From a phage, in the sequence record PZ386948.1: 64,000 nucleotides of DNA, one strand, 5' to 3'. Numbering within the stretch: position 1 is the first letter of the stretch; each line of letters starts with the position of its first letter. The position numbers and the translations under genes are program-made. A model generated the notes under the pieces. That model made no database searches, had not been told where the DNA came from, and saw only the letters and a list, made by a program, of their open reading frames with translations. Shown piece after piece: positions 35,695-44,030 of the stretch.

Positions 35695-35781
35695 TGGGGT
35701 GACCGATGGGAGTCGAACCACCCGAGTCGCAATGACAATGGATTTACAGTCCACACCGCTACCTCTACGGGATAACTCCCC
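35695..35781 (-). tRNA. tRNA-Tyr(GUA)-like class II element, probably degenerate
   Basis: Canonical anticodon arm GTGGA-CTGTAAA-TCCAT, long variable arm, TTCGACT T-loop and 3' CCA, but acceptor and T stems pair poorly. Confidence 0.4.
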
Positions 35782-35794
35782 TTAATTCTTAATT

Positions 35795-35869
35795 TGGTGG
35801 CCCTGGGTGGAATTGAACCACCATCTGGCGATTATGAGTCGCTTGCTTGAACCTTCCAGCTACAGGGCC
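35795..35869 (-). tRNA. tRNA-Ile/Met (anticodon CAU)
   Basis: Acceptor GGCCCTG/CAGGGCC, anticodon loop CTCATAA, T-arm GGTGG-TTCAATT-CCACC, 3' ACCA. Confidence 0.75.
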
Positions 35870-35870
35870 T

Positions 35871-35946
35871 TGGTGCTGATTGACGGAATCGAACCGCCGA
35901 CCTTCTCATTACAAGTGAGTTGCTCTACCTACTGAGCTAAATCAGC
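35871..35946 (-). tRNA. tRNA-Thr (anticodon UGU)
   Basis: Acceptor GCTGATT/AATCAGC, anticodon loop CTTGTAA, T-loop GGTTCGATTCC, 3' ACCA. Confidence 0.8.
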
Positions 35947-35951
35947 AAAAC

Positions 35952-36041
35952 TGGCGGAGGCGATAGGATTTGAACCTATGAGTCGCCGGAGCGACTGCCG
36001 GTTTTCAAGACCGGTGCATTAAACCACTCTGCCACGCCTCC
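35952..36041 (-). tRNA. tRNA-Ser (anticodon UGA), class II
   Basis: 90 nt; acceptor GGAGGCG/CGCCTCC, anticodon loop CTTGAAA, long variable arm, T-loop GGTTCAAATCC, 3' GCCA. Confidence 0.8.
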
Positions 36042-36047
36042 AAATAT

Positions 36048-36698
36048 TTATATATTGTTAATTTGATTTAGAATTCTTTTTGCTTGAGTATGACTTACGC
36101 CAATATGCTTAGCATATTTAGACAATTCGCCACGTTTAGAAAAATCATATAATTTAGAAATTTCTATTCTTCTTTTTCTTTCATCCGCAGAAACTTTTGC
36201 TTCGTTTGCTTTTGCTATTTTACGTTTAGCTTCTTGAGAATGAGTTTTACCAGCAAAGCCATTCTTCATTAATCCATTTGAAGACCATCCTTTTAATTTT
36301 CCGTTAGAATGTGCCTTTTTAACACCCAATGAAATTAATTCGCGTTGCTGATCTGTCATAGGATAATTATTTATATGATCCCATCCACCTTCACCTCCAA
36401 GTTTTAAATTATACACATCTGGTCTATTTAAAAACTCTTCTGTGACAATATTTTTCTCGGCTTCAAGCATAGATTCTTTATCGTCAAAATACTCTAATAT
36501 TTCTTTAGAAAAATTTTCTATACCATATTTATCTTGGGCTCTTTTTAATAATTTACCAGAACCCATATATCCATCATCTAAATTTTCGGTAGAATGCACA
36601 CCAATATAAATTTTATTATTAATTTTATTTGTTATTTTATAAAGATAAAAATGCATATCAGTCCCTAATAAAGAACTGAGCGTCTCACGACGAGTCAT
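36048..36698 (-). CDS. segB: GIY-YIG homing endonuclease (SegB-like, within the tRNA cluster)
   Basis: 216 aa; N-terminal GIY-YIG module (YLYKITNKINNKIYIGVHST...GYMGSGKLLKRA); lies between tRNA genes as segB does in T4. Confidence 0.75.
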   Translation of the reverse strand: MTRRETLSSLLGTDMHFYLYKITNKINNKIYIGVHSTENLDDGYMGSGKLLKRAQDKYGIENFSKEILEYFDDKESMLEAEKNIVTEEFLNRPDVYNLKLGGEGGWDHINNYPMTDQQRELISLGVKKAHSNGKLKGWSSNGLMKNGFAGKTHSQEAKRKIAKANEAKVSADERKRRIEISKLYDFSKRGELSKYAKHIGVSHTQAKRILNQINNI

Positions 36699-36702
36699 AA
36701 AT

Positions 36703-36776
<74 letters not shown>

Positions 36777-36781
36777 AAATT

Positions 36782-36868
36782 TGGTGCGAGAAGTGGGACT
36801 CGAACCCACAAGGAAATCATTCCGCAGCATTTTAAGTGCTGTGCCTTTACCAATTTGACCATTCTCGC
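36782..36868 (-). tRNA. tRNA-Leu (anticodon UAA), class II
   Basis: 87 nt; acceptor GCGAGAA/TTCTCGC, anticodon stem-loop CAGCA-CTTAAAA-TGCTG, long variable arm, T-loop GGGTTCGAGTCCC, 3' ACCA. Confidence 0.8.
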
Positions 36869-36874
36869 GCTATA

Positions 36875-37507
36875 TTATTTATTACGTGAAAAAGACTGTT
36901 CTATCAATTCTGGACACTTTCGTTCTATCCATTTTCTAGCTTTTTGTGGGCTTATACCTATTATTTTAGCAGCTTTACTAACCCATCCAAATTTAGAATA
37001 ATCGATTTTAACTAATTCTTCGTAAATTTCATCAGTTAAAATCTTTTCATTAATATTTACCAGTAAATGATATAATTTATTATCATTAGCAATTTTAATG
37101 AATCTTTTATAGTTTCCGCCTTTACTTAAACCTAATGAAGTAATTGCAGATGATATAGTAGCCGAATTTAATAGTGCGTTTAAAATTTCTTCATCACTAA
37201 CATTATAACGCTTTTTATTATTTTTAATATTTTTACCAGCAAAAGTATCAGTTTGCGAATGGCAGTTTGGACATAATAATCTTAAATTTGATTTAAGATG
37301 ATTTTTGTTATTTCCATCAATATGGTCTAATTGCAGAACAATATGCTTATTTTGCCATTTTGAAATTTTACAAATTGCACACTCATATGGAAAAATATTT
37401 TCTTTTATTATTTTGTCTTTCAGCTTTCCTGTACTAAAATTTGGATGTTTTCCTTCAAAAATTTCAGCTAATTTAGTATCCATAATATGATTCCCAATTA
37501 TTAACAA
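36875..37507 (-). CDS. HNH homing endonuclease
   Basis: 210 aa; LQLDHIDGNNKNH...LRLLCPNCHSQTD (HNH with Zn-binding Cys); stop abuts tRNA-Leu. Confidence 0.75.
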   Translation of the reverse strand: MLIIGNHIMDTKLAEIFEGKHPNFSTGKLKDKIIKENIFPYECAICKISKWQNKHIVLQLDHIDGNNKNHLKSNLRLLCPNCHSQTDTFAGKNIKNNKKRYNVSDEEILNALLNSATISSAITSLGLSKGGNYKRFIKIANDNKLYHLLVNINEKILTDEIYEELVKIDYSKFGWVSKAAKIIGISPQKARKWIERKCPELIEQSFSRNK

Positions 37508-37582
37508 AGGCTCTCTAACAAGAACCCTTGATGATAGAGGGTATTAATCAGTGCGGTATGAGTTAATAATAACAAATAATTC

Positions 37583-38098
37583 TTAAAGCAAATTAAACAT
37601 TTTAACGGTCGGCAAAACAATTTCTTTTTCTATATAAGAGTATTTAACACTCTCAACTACACGCAAAAAATCATAATCATAATACTCAGAAGCATTACCT
37701 AAAATATTAATAAGTCCTTCAAGCACTTTATTACCATTCACAAAGAATAAGTCAAATACGCGTTCTTCGTCTTCTTCGGATTTATTACCAAGGTCAACTT
37801 CTATATCAAAGACCTTTTTAATGAATTCTGGATAAAGTTGTTCTGAGAACAGTCCTTCAACCAAGTATTCATAAATAAAAAGCGATTGCTCGCTGAACAA
37901 GCCATTACCACAATAACGTTCAGCTTTAGTACTAGAATGTCTACTTTTAAACTTCTTTAAAAGATATTGAAATTGTAAGATTTCATGCTCTTCTACGCCA
38001 AACAGTGTTTTAGTTTTATAGTTGTCACCATCATTTTCCCAGGTAGTGACATCAATTACGTAACCCTGTGGAATTGTAGTACCTAAACAAATATTCAT
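37583..38098 (-). CDS. Hypothetical protein
   Basis: 171-aa ORF. Confidence 0.5.
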   Translation of the reverse strand: MNICLGTTIPQGYVIDVTTWENDGDNYKTKTLFGVEEHEILQFQYLLKKFKSRHSSTKAERYCGNGLFSEQSLFIYEYLVEGLFSEQLYPEFIKKVFDIEVDLGNKSEEDEERVFDLFFVNGNKVLEGLINILGNASEYYDYDFLRVVESVKYSYIEKEIVLPTVKMFNLL

Positions 38099-38388
38099 TT
38101 GCTCACCATATTAATGTAAGTATATTCAATACATTCAAGACCCAAAGGATTCTTGAAAATATCATATTCAAGAGGACCTTTTTCTGTTTCAATAAAGAAA
38201 TCAAAATTTACTGTATTAAATTTACGGTCTTCCTTCACTAATTTAACCTGAGAAGATGAACGGTCAATGTAAACCTTTTCAACTTCAAAACATGTTAAAA
38301 CGCCATAATCATCAATCAAGGCTTTAGCCGCGTCTTGATCATATTTATATCCATTTTCAATTGACGATACTTTAGCATAAAGAATCAT
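38095..38388 (-). CDS. Hypothetical protein
   Basis: 97-aa ORF. Confidence 0.5.
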   Translation of the reverse strand: MILYAKVSSIENGYKYDQDAAKALIDDYGVLTCFEVEKVYIDRSSSQVKLVKEDRKFNTVNFDFFIETEKGPLEYDIFKNPLGLECIEYTYINMVSK

Positions 38389-38390
38389 TA

Positions 38391-38771
38391 TCAGCCTTCA
38401 TCAACAATAGTATGAGTGTGGGCATTTACAATTTGCCACCAATCAAAGCGATTAGAACCACACATCGGTTTGTTTTCATTTTCTTTGATAATATCACGAA
38501 GTTCATCTTCGGTAGCGGCTTTCGCGATTAAATCAGCATATCCACCGCGAGGATAATAATTATCACCTGCAAAAAGTAAAAAGTTCGGTTTAATATTATT
38601 GAACTCTTCAAGAGTAATAACTTTTCCTGTCGGTTGAACAATCTCTACATATTTATATCCTAATTTTTGAGCAGCATCTACTGCTTCAAGCAAAGTATCA
38701 TGAGCCCATCCAATTTGACAACCTGGCTTTTCAGATGGATTAGCCTGATAATCCGCGTACACTTTATACAT
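38391..38771 (-). CDS. Hypothetical protein
   Basis: ATG at 38771 (MYKVYADYQ...); track start is further upstream. Confidence 0.5.
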   Translation of the reverse strand: MYKVYADYQANPSEKPGCQIGWAHDTLLEAVDAAQKLGYKYVEIVQPTGKVITLEEFNNIKPNFLLFAGDNYYPRGGYADLIAKAATEDELRDIIKENENKPMCGSNRFDWWQIVNAHTHTIVDEG

Positions 38772-38772
38772 T

Positions 38773-38958
38773 CTATTCACCTTTAGAAATTTTATCCATA
38801 ACGATAGCAATTAAACCAATTAAAAATGCTACTACAAGTGAAAAAACATTTTCTGCTGTAGTTAATAATCCGCATATAAATCCAACAAACATTGAAAAAC
38901 TAAAAGCAGAAGCAGAAATTGCAATAGCAACATTTCGAATTAATTCACAACGTTTCAT
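38773..38958 (-). CDS. Small membrane protein (two TM helices)
   Basis: ATG at 38958 (MKRCELIRNVAIAISASAFSFSMFVGFICGLL...); track extension is promoter sequence. Confidence 0.45.
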   Translation of the reverse strand: MKRCELIRNVAIAISASAFSFSMFVGFICGLLTTAENVFSLVVAFLIGLIAIVMDKISKGE

Positions 38959-38984
38959 TTTATTCTCCTCAGTAGCTGATAGGG

Positions 38985-39018
38985 TAATAGTATCACTACT
39001 AAAACCCAATGTAAACAA
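38985..39018 (-). promoter_or_regulatory. Early-promoter repeat (IP-array type)
   Basis: GTTTAC (39011-39016), 18-bp spacer, TACTAT; shares about 50 bp with copies at 39279, 39645 and 39975. Confidence 0.55.
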
Positions 39019-39019
39019 T

Positions 39020-39244
39020 TTATTCAACGCCAGCGGCTTTCAAAAGTTTCTTAAGATTGGCAACACCTTGAGCAGAAAATGTGACCTTGCCACCTTTTTC
39101 ACTGATAGAACCAACCAATTTAGCAAGTTTATCATTAGGAATTTTTTTAAAATCAGCCAATGTTCCATCAAAGGTTTTTGAAACAAAAGGCAGTTCGTCT
39201 TCGCGTCTTTTAGCTTCTACAATAAATTCTTGATATGTTTTCAT
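39020..39244 (-). CDS. Internal-protein-like protein (capsid-targeting sequence MKTYQEF)
   Basis: ATG at 39244 with RBS; N-terminus MKTYQEFIVEAKR resembles the T4 IP targeting sequence. Confidence 0.6.
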   Translation of the reverse strand: MKTYQEFIVEAKRREDELPFVSKTFDGTLADFKKIPNDKLAKLVGSISEKGGKVTFSAQGVANLKKLLKAAGVE

Positions 39245-39278
39245 TTTAGTTTCCATTTGAGTGTTTGTTTTGATAGGG

Positions 39279-39312
39279 TAATAGTATCACTACTAAAACC
39301 CAATGTAAACAA
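39279..39312 (-). promoter_or_regulatory. Early-promoter repeat (IP-array type)
   Basis: GTTTAC (39305-39310), 18-bp spacer, TACTAT (39281-39286). Confidence 0.55.
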
Positions 39313-39328
39313 CTTTGTGAAAAATTTA

Positions 39329-39616
39329 TTACAAAAGATTTTTAGCAATAATCTTGAGATGTGCCGCAGAAATGTGTTTAGCTTTAAACAACGCAGTTTC
39401 TTCAGCAGGAGAGATAACGATTGTAGCACCATCCTTTTTAGCAGACCACCCATCGCCTAGGTAAACAGTACCTTTGATTTCTTCGCCATCAACCAGACTA
39501 ATCATTGGTTTACCTTCTCGTCCTTTATTTGCTTTAATAACTTCAGAAGTAAGAGTAGCTTCGGTAATAGTAGAAACCGGGGTAGTTGTAGAAGTAAATT
39601 CTTTGAAAGTTTTCAT
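39329..39616 (-). CDS. ipI: Internal protein I-like
   Basis: 95 aa; N-terminal MKTFKEF targeting sequence with a likely ITE|A cleavage site; position next to 57B as ipI in T4. Confidence 0.65.
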   Translation of the reverse strand: MKTFKEFTSTTTPVSTITEATLTSEVIKANKGREGKPMISLVDGEEIKGTVYLGDGWSAKKDGATIVISPAEETALFKAKHISAAHLKIIAKNLL

Positions 39617-39644
39617 TTTATTTTCCTAATTAATTTTGATAGGG

Positions 39645-39678
39645 TAATAGTATCACAACTAAAACCCTATGTAAACAA
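39645..39678 (-). promoter_or_regulatory. Early-promoter repeat (IP-array type)
   Basis: GTTTAC (39671-39676), TACTAT (39647-39652), flanked by inverted repeat ataggg/ccctat. Confidence 0.55.
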
Positions 39679-39688
39679 CTTTGTGAAA

Positions 39689-39946
39689 TTATTTTAAATC
39701 TTCTAATCGTTTCTTCATCTTAGAACCGTTCTTAGCGATTTCGCCTGCATCAGAGCATAATGCTAAAAGCGCTTTAACTTTAGTTTGGTCTCCTTTAAAA
39801 GATGAAGGATCAACAGCAGCAGCAAGTTCTTTAATACGAGAGAAAAGACGCTCAGCTTCAGCTAAAGCCATTCCAAGCTTTACTTCCATACCGCGGGAAG
39901 ATTCAGTAATAGTAGTTTTTGTAGCAAACTCTTTGAAAGTTTTCAT
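39689..39946 (-). CDS. Internal-protein-like protein (MKTFKEF)
   Basis: 85 aa; first ~7 codons and upstream leader near-identical to the ipI-like gene. Confidence 0.6.
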   Translation of the reverse strand: MKTFKEFATKTTITESSRGMEVKLGMALAEAERLFSRIKELAAAVDPSSFKGDQTKVKALLALCSDAGEIAKNGSKMKKRLEDLK

Positions 39947-39974
39947 TTTATTTTCCTAATTAATTTTGATGAGG

Positions 39975-40008
39975 TAATAGTATCACTACCTCATCAGTAT
40001 GTAAACAA
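39975..40008 (-). promoter_or_regulatory. Early-promoter repeat (IP-array type)
   Basis: GTTTAC (40001-40006), TACTAT (39977-39982), flanked by perfect 9-bp inverted repeat gatgaggta/tacctcatc. Confidence 0.55.
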
Positions 40009-40018
40009 CTTTGTGAAA

Positions 40019-40703
<685 letters not shown>

Positions 40704-40704
<1 letters not shown>

Positions 40705-41429
40705 TATAGTACCTTTAGTGTATTTTTAATTTTAGAAAAAAGTTCTTCAAGAGAACCATCGTTTGTAATTACTAAATCGCCATCACGAATTGGCAATCCA
40801 GCTTCTGTAATATGTGTATCATTGGATTTTTGACCAGGACGAACTACATGAATTACTGTAGCACCCATCGCCCTAGCCGCATCCATTTCATGATCTTGAC
40901 GGGTATCAGGAACGATATAATAATCATAACCTGAGTTAAATTTATCAAGATAATCTAAAGCAAATAATTTTACCCAGTACATGCGGTCGAAGTTATTAAC
41001 AATCAAATCCGTACCTAGGGCTTGCATCAGACGACGGACTGACCATTGATCTTCAATATTATTTATAACGTCAATAATCTTGTTAAATGCTACGGAATTA
41101 ACTGATTCTTGTCCTTCGTCATCAAAAACAAACACACCCTTAATTGGGCTTTTACCGTTAAGATAGCAAAATGCTTGTTCCATAATCGTGATTACTTCTG
41201 ATTTAGTCAGATTTAAATTAGTCTCACGATCATAGTCAATTCCTTCAAACTCTTTACGAGTTAAGCAAGGATAGTCAGTGTTTGCTGCAAATACTCCCCA
41301 TGCATAAGCCAATGCATCCTTAATAGGACCAGCAAGTTGGTATTTAACTGCAGAATAATTGCTCATGATAAAATCAGCAGTAGTATCTTTTCCACTACGC
41401 TTTACACCGCTTAAAAAGATTAGTTTCAT
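40704..41429 (-). CDS. 1: Deoxynucleoside monophosphate kinase gp1
   Basis: 241 aa from ATG at 41429 with GGAG RBS; MKLIFLSGVKRSGKDTTADF P-loop. Confidence 0.9.
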
Positions 41430-41478
41430 GTGTTTCTCCTCAAATTTAATTAAGATTATAACACACAAAACTGAAGCA

Positions 41479-42009
41479 TTAAACTTCTGCTATAATTTTA
41501 CCATCTTTTTCTACTTGAAAATACGTATAAGGAATCGTAGCTGTACATACTAAAGCCGGGTCTGAATCTTCTGTGTAGCTAAATTCTACTTCAGATAGGT
41601 CAGAAACCCAAGGCTTATAAAAATTTATTGACATCACGATTTCAGTTTTGCTATTATCTAAGATGTAAAGCGTAATGTACTCAGGACCTGTTTTTTGGGC
41701 AGTATTTTCACCTGTAAGATAGTTGCTAGTTCCTAGCATCCATTCATACATTCCTATCCACGACTTAAGTTCTTCATCAACTATAAATCTCACAATGAGT
41801 GGATCATACTCAAATGTAACACCTGGACGTTGTGCTCTACCCAGTCCAAACGGCCCAGTCACGGTATCAGTAACAGGTATTCTAATTCCTGGAATAGGAA
41901 CTGACTGAGCATTTAAAGTAAAAGCAGATGTAGTATTACTATGTGGTATTGATACTACAAAGTTAGTTGTATTTGCTTGGTTAAAAATTTGTTGCAGAGC
42001 TTGCGACAT
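41479..42009 (-). CDS. 3: Tail completion / sheath stabiliser gp3
   Basis: 176 aa from ATG at 42009 with GAGGAA RBS (MSQALQQIFNQ...); T4 order 1-3-2-4. Confidence 0.8.
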   Translation of the reverse strand: MSQALQQIFNQANTTNFVVSIPHSNTTSAFTLNAQSVPIPGIRIPVTDTVTGPFGLGRAQRPGVTFEYDPLIVRFIVDEELKSWIGMYEWMLGTSNYLTGENTAQKTGPEYITLYILDNSKTEIVMSINFYKPWVSDLSEVEFSYTEDSDPALVCTATIPYTYFQVEKDGKIIAEV

Positions 42010-42115
42010 ATATTCCTCATAATGCTTTATAACTGTTGGTGGTATAATGGGTCTAAGTCCCTTCCATTCAATTCCATTTAGAACAAACAACAGAAAAGAA
42101 TGGAAGATAATAGAA

Positions 42116-42940
42116 TTAGATATTTGACCAGACTTTGTTTGCAGAGAAACGTTTTCCTTTTGAAACGAACTGCTGAAGTGGCATCAACACAACGTTCGCC
42201 CAGTCTTTCGGGGCGATTTCAACAAGGCTACCCATAATATTACCAGGTATATATGCCTTAATCATTTGGTCTGCACCCCTAAATCCTTTCACTTGACTCC
42301 AATCAATTTTTAATTTCGTTTTATTAGTAATAGTAGGTGTATTTGCATATTGCTTTAAAAGCTCTTCTAGGAATTGCTGACGAGCTTTAGGTGGAATATA
42401 GTGCAAGTTTAATCCGTACATTAAATTATGCTTACCTAAACCAAGGTAAATTATCAAAGGAAATTTATCCCAGTAAGGAAGAGTTTCCTTGTGTTTAGCA
42501 TCATAAGCAAAAGCATATATTCGTCCCGGCTGCGGGCGAACAACTTTATGTCCTTTTACTTGCTTAATAGTTTCAGCAAACCATTTTCTGGTTTTATTAT
42601 TAATTGCTGCACCTTCATTACGAATTTTATCACGCAATGTTTGTCTGAATGAATTTATCATAAGCAGTTGTCTTTCTTGCTTATTGAGCTTATTCATTGG
42701 TTTTGATTCAAGCTTTTGAATCTTTTCAGCCGTTTTAATTCCTGAAGCATATTTTGACATTGCCGAAGTAAACGTAGAGTATTTGATTCCTCTTTCTTCA
42801 GCAAATTGCTTTCCTGTCATTCCTTTTGCTTTGGCCTTTTTATATTCAAGACCTATCTGAATCCATTTCTTTTCGTTTAATGATTGCTTAACCTTTGGAA
42901 CTTGGGGAGTGCTTTCATTAATTATTTGAAAAATAGCCAT
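42116..42940 (-). CDS. 2: DNA end-protector protein gp2
   Basis: 274 aa, basic protein; position and size as T4 gp2. Confidence 0.8.
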
Positions 42941-43392
42941 TATGCCCCCTTAAAGCCAAGAGCTCGTAATCCATCTTCTGTTAAAATTCTAAATTTTATT
43001 CCACGCTTTTCAGCTAAAGATTGTGCTGCTTTCCATTTGTCGGTGTTAACAGACCAGGTATAAATTTCATTCATAAATCTTTTCTTCGCTGCGGTTGTTA
43101 GATGCGCCGGTTTAACTGGTGGTTGTGTTTCTTTTTTAGGTTTTATTTCAATAAAAAATTCTTGTCCAGAAGAATCTTTCATCCAAATATCCATGAAGTA
43201 TCTACGTTTTTTCCCTTCTGCATTACAAAAATAAGGAATTACTGCTGTTTCACTACCCCATGCAATAATTTCTGGATTTTTATCTAACCATTCAAAAAAG
43301 AATTTTTCCCAATTTGATCTATACGTAATTTTTTTAGGGTCACCTCTATACTTTGATATATTTTTAGGAACCCATTTTCCAGAATATGCCAT
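42940..43392 (-). CDS. 4: Head completion protein gp4
   Basis: 150 aa; stop overlaps the gp2 start; divergent from gene 53. Confidence 0.8.
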
Positions 43393-43403
43393 TGGATTCT
43401 CCT

Positions 43404-43411
43404 TATAAATA
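43404..43411 (+). promoter_or_regulatory. Late promoter (TATAAATA) for gene 53
   Basis: Exact TATAAATA 28 bp upstream of the gp53 ATG, followed by AGGAGG RBS. Confidence 0.65.
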
Positions 43412-43418
43412 GATAATA

Positions 43419-43426
43419 TATTTATA
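43419..43426 (-). promoter_or_regulatory. Late promoter (TATAAATA) for gene 4, divergent
   Basis: Exact TATAAATA on the minus strand 27 bp upstream of the gp4 ATG. Confidence 0.6.
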
Positions 43427-43439
43427 AACAGGAGGGCCC

Positions 43440-44030
43440 ATGCTCTTTACATTTTTTGATCCGATTGAATATGCGGCCAAAACGGTGAATAAAAACGCGC
43501 CGACTATTCCTATGACAGATATTTTTAGAAACTATAAAGACTATTTTAAACGCGCTCTTGCGGGATACCGCTTACGTACTTATTATATCAAAGGTTCACC
43601 ACGCCCGGAAGAATTAGCAAATACTATATATGGAAATCCACAGTTGTATTGGGTTTTATTGATGTGTAATGATAATTATGACCCGTATTATGGATGGATT
43701 ACTTCACAAGAAGCAGCTTATCAAGCATCTATACAAAAATACAAAAATGTAGGTGGAGACCAAATAGTATATCATGTGAATGAGAACGGTGAAAAATTTT
43801 ATAATTTAATATCATACGATGATAATCCATATGTTTGGTATGATAAAGGCGATAAAGCTAGAAAATATCCTCAATATGAAGGAGCACTTGCTGCGGTCGA
43901 TACGTATGAAGCTGCTGTTCTTGAAAATGAAAAACTTCGTCAAATAAAAATAATAGCAAAATCAGACATCAATTCATTTATGAACGACCTTATACGTATA
44001 ATGGAGAAATCTTATGGAAATGATAAGTAA
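43440..44030 (+). CDS. 53: Baseplate wedge protein gp53
   Basis: 196 aa; first late gene preceding gene 5. Confidence 0.85.
   Translation: MLFTFFDPIEYAAKTVNKNAPTIPMTDIFRNYKDYFKRALAGYRLRTYYIKGSPRPEELANTIYGNPQLYWVLLMCNDNYDPYYGWITSQEAAYQASIQKYKNVGGDQIVYHVNENGEKFYNLISYDDNPYVWYDKGDKARKYPQYEGALAAVDTYEAAVLENEKLRQIKIIAKSDINSFMNDLIRIMEKSYGNDK

Noticed and set aside
38985-40008. Regularly recurring ~50-bp repeats considered as a possible CRISPR-like array
   Set aside because: Spacing is irregular (300 bp to several kb), each repeat sits just upstream of a gene start, and the sequence matches phage early-promoter architecture (GTTTAC -35, A/T -10); no cas genes.
41479-42090. Long forms of several ORFs (gp3 from 42090, gp1 from 41468, pin from 11296, gp55 from 5455, gp11 from 55364)
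   Set aside because: Upstream in-frame extensions lack RBS or use non-ATG codons; internal ATGs with good RBS give the lengths known for T4 proteins.
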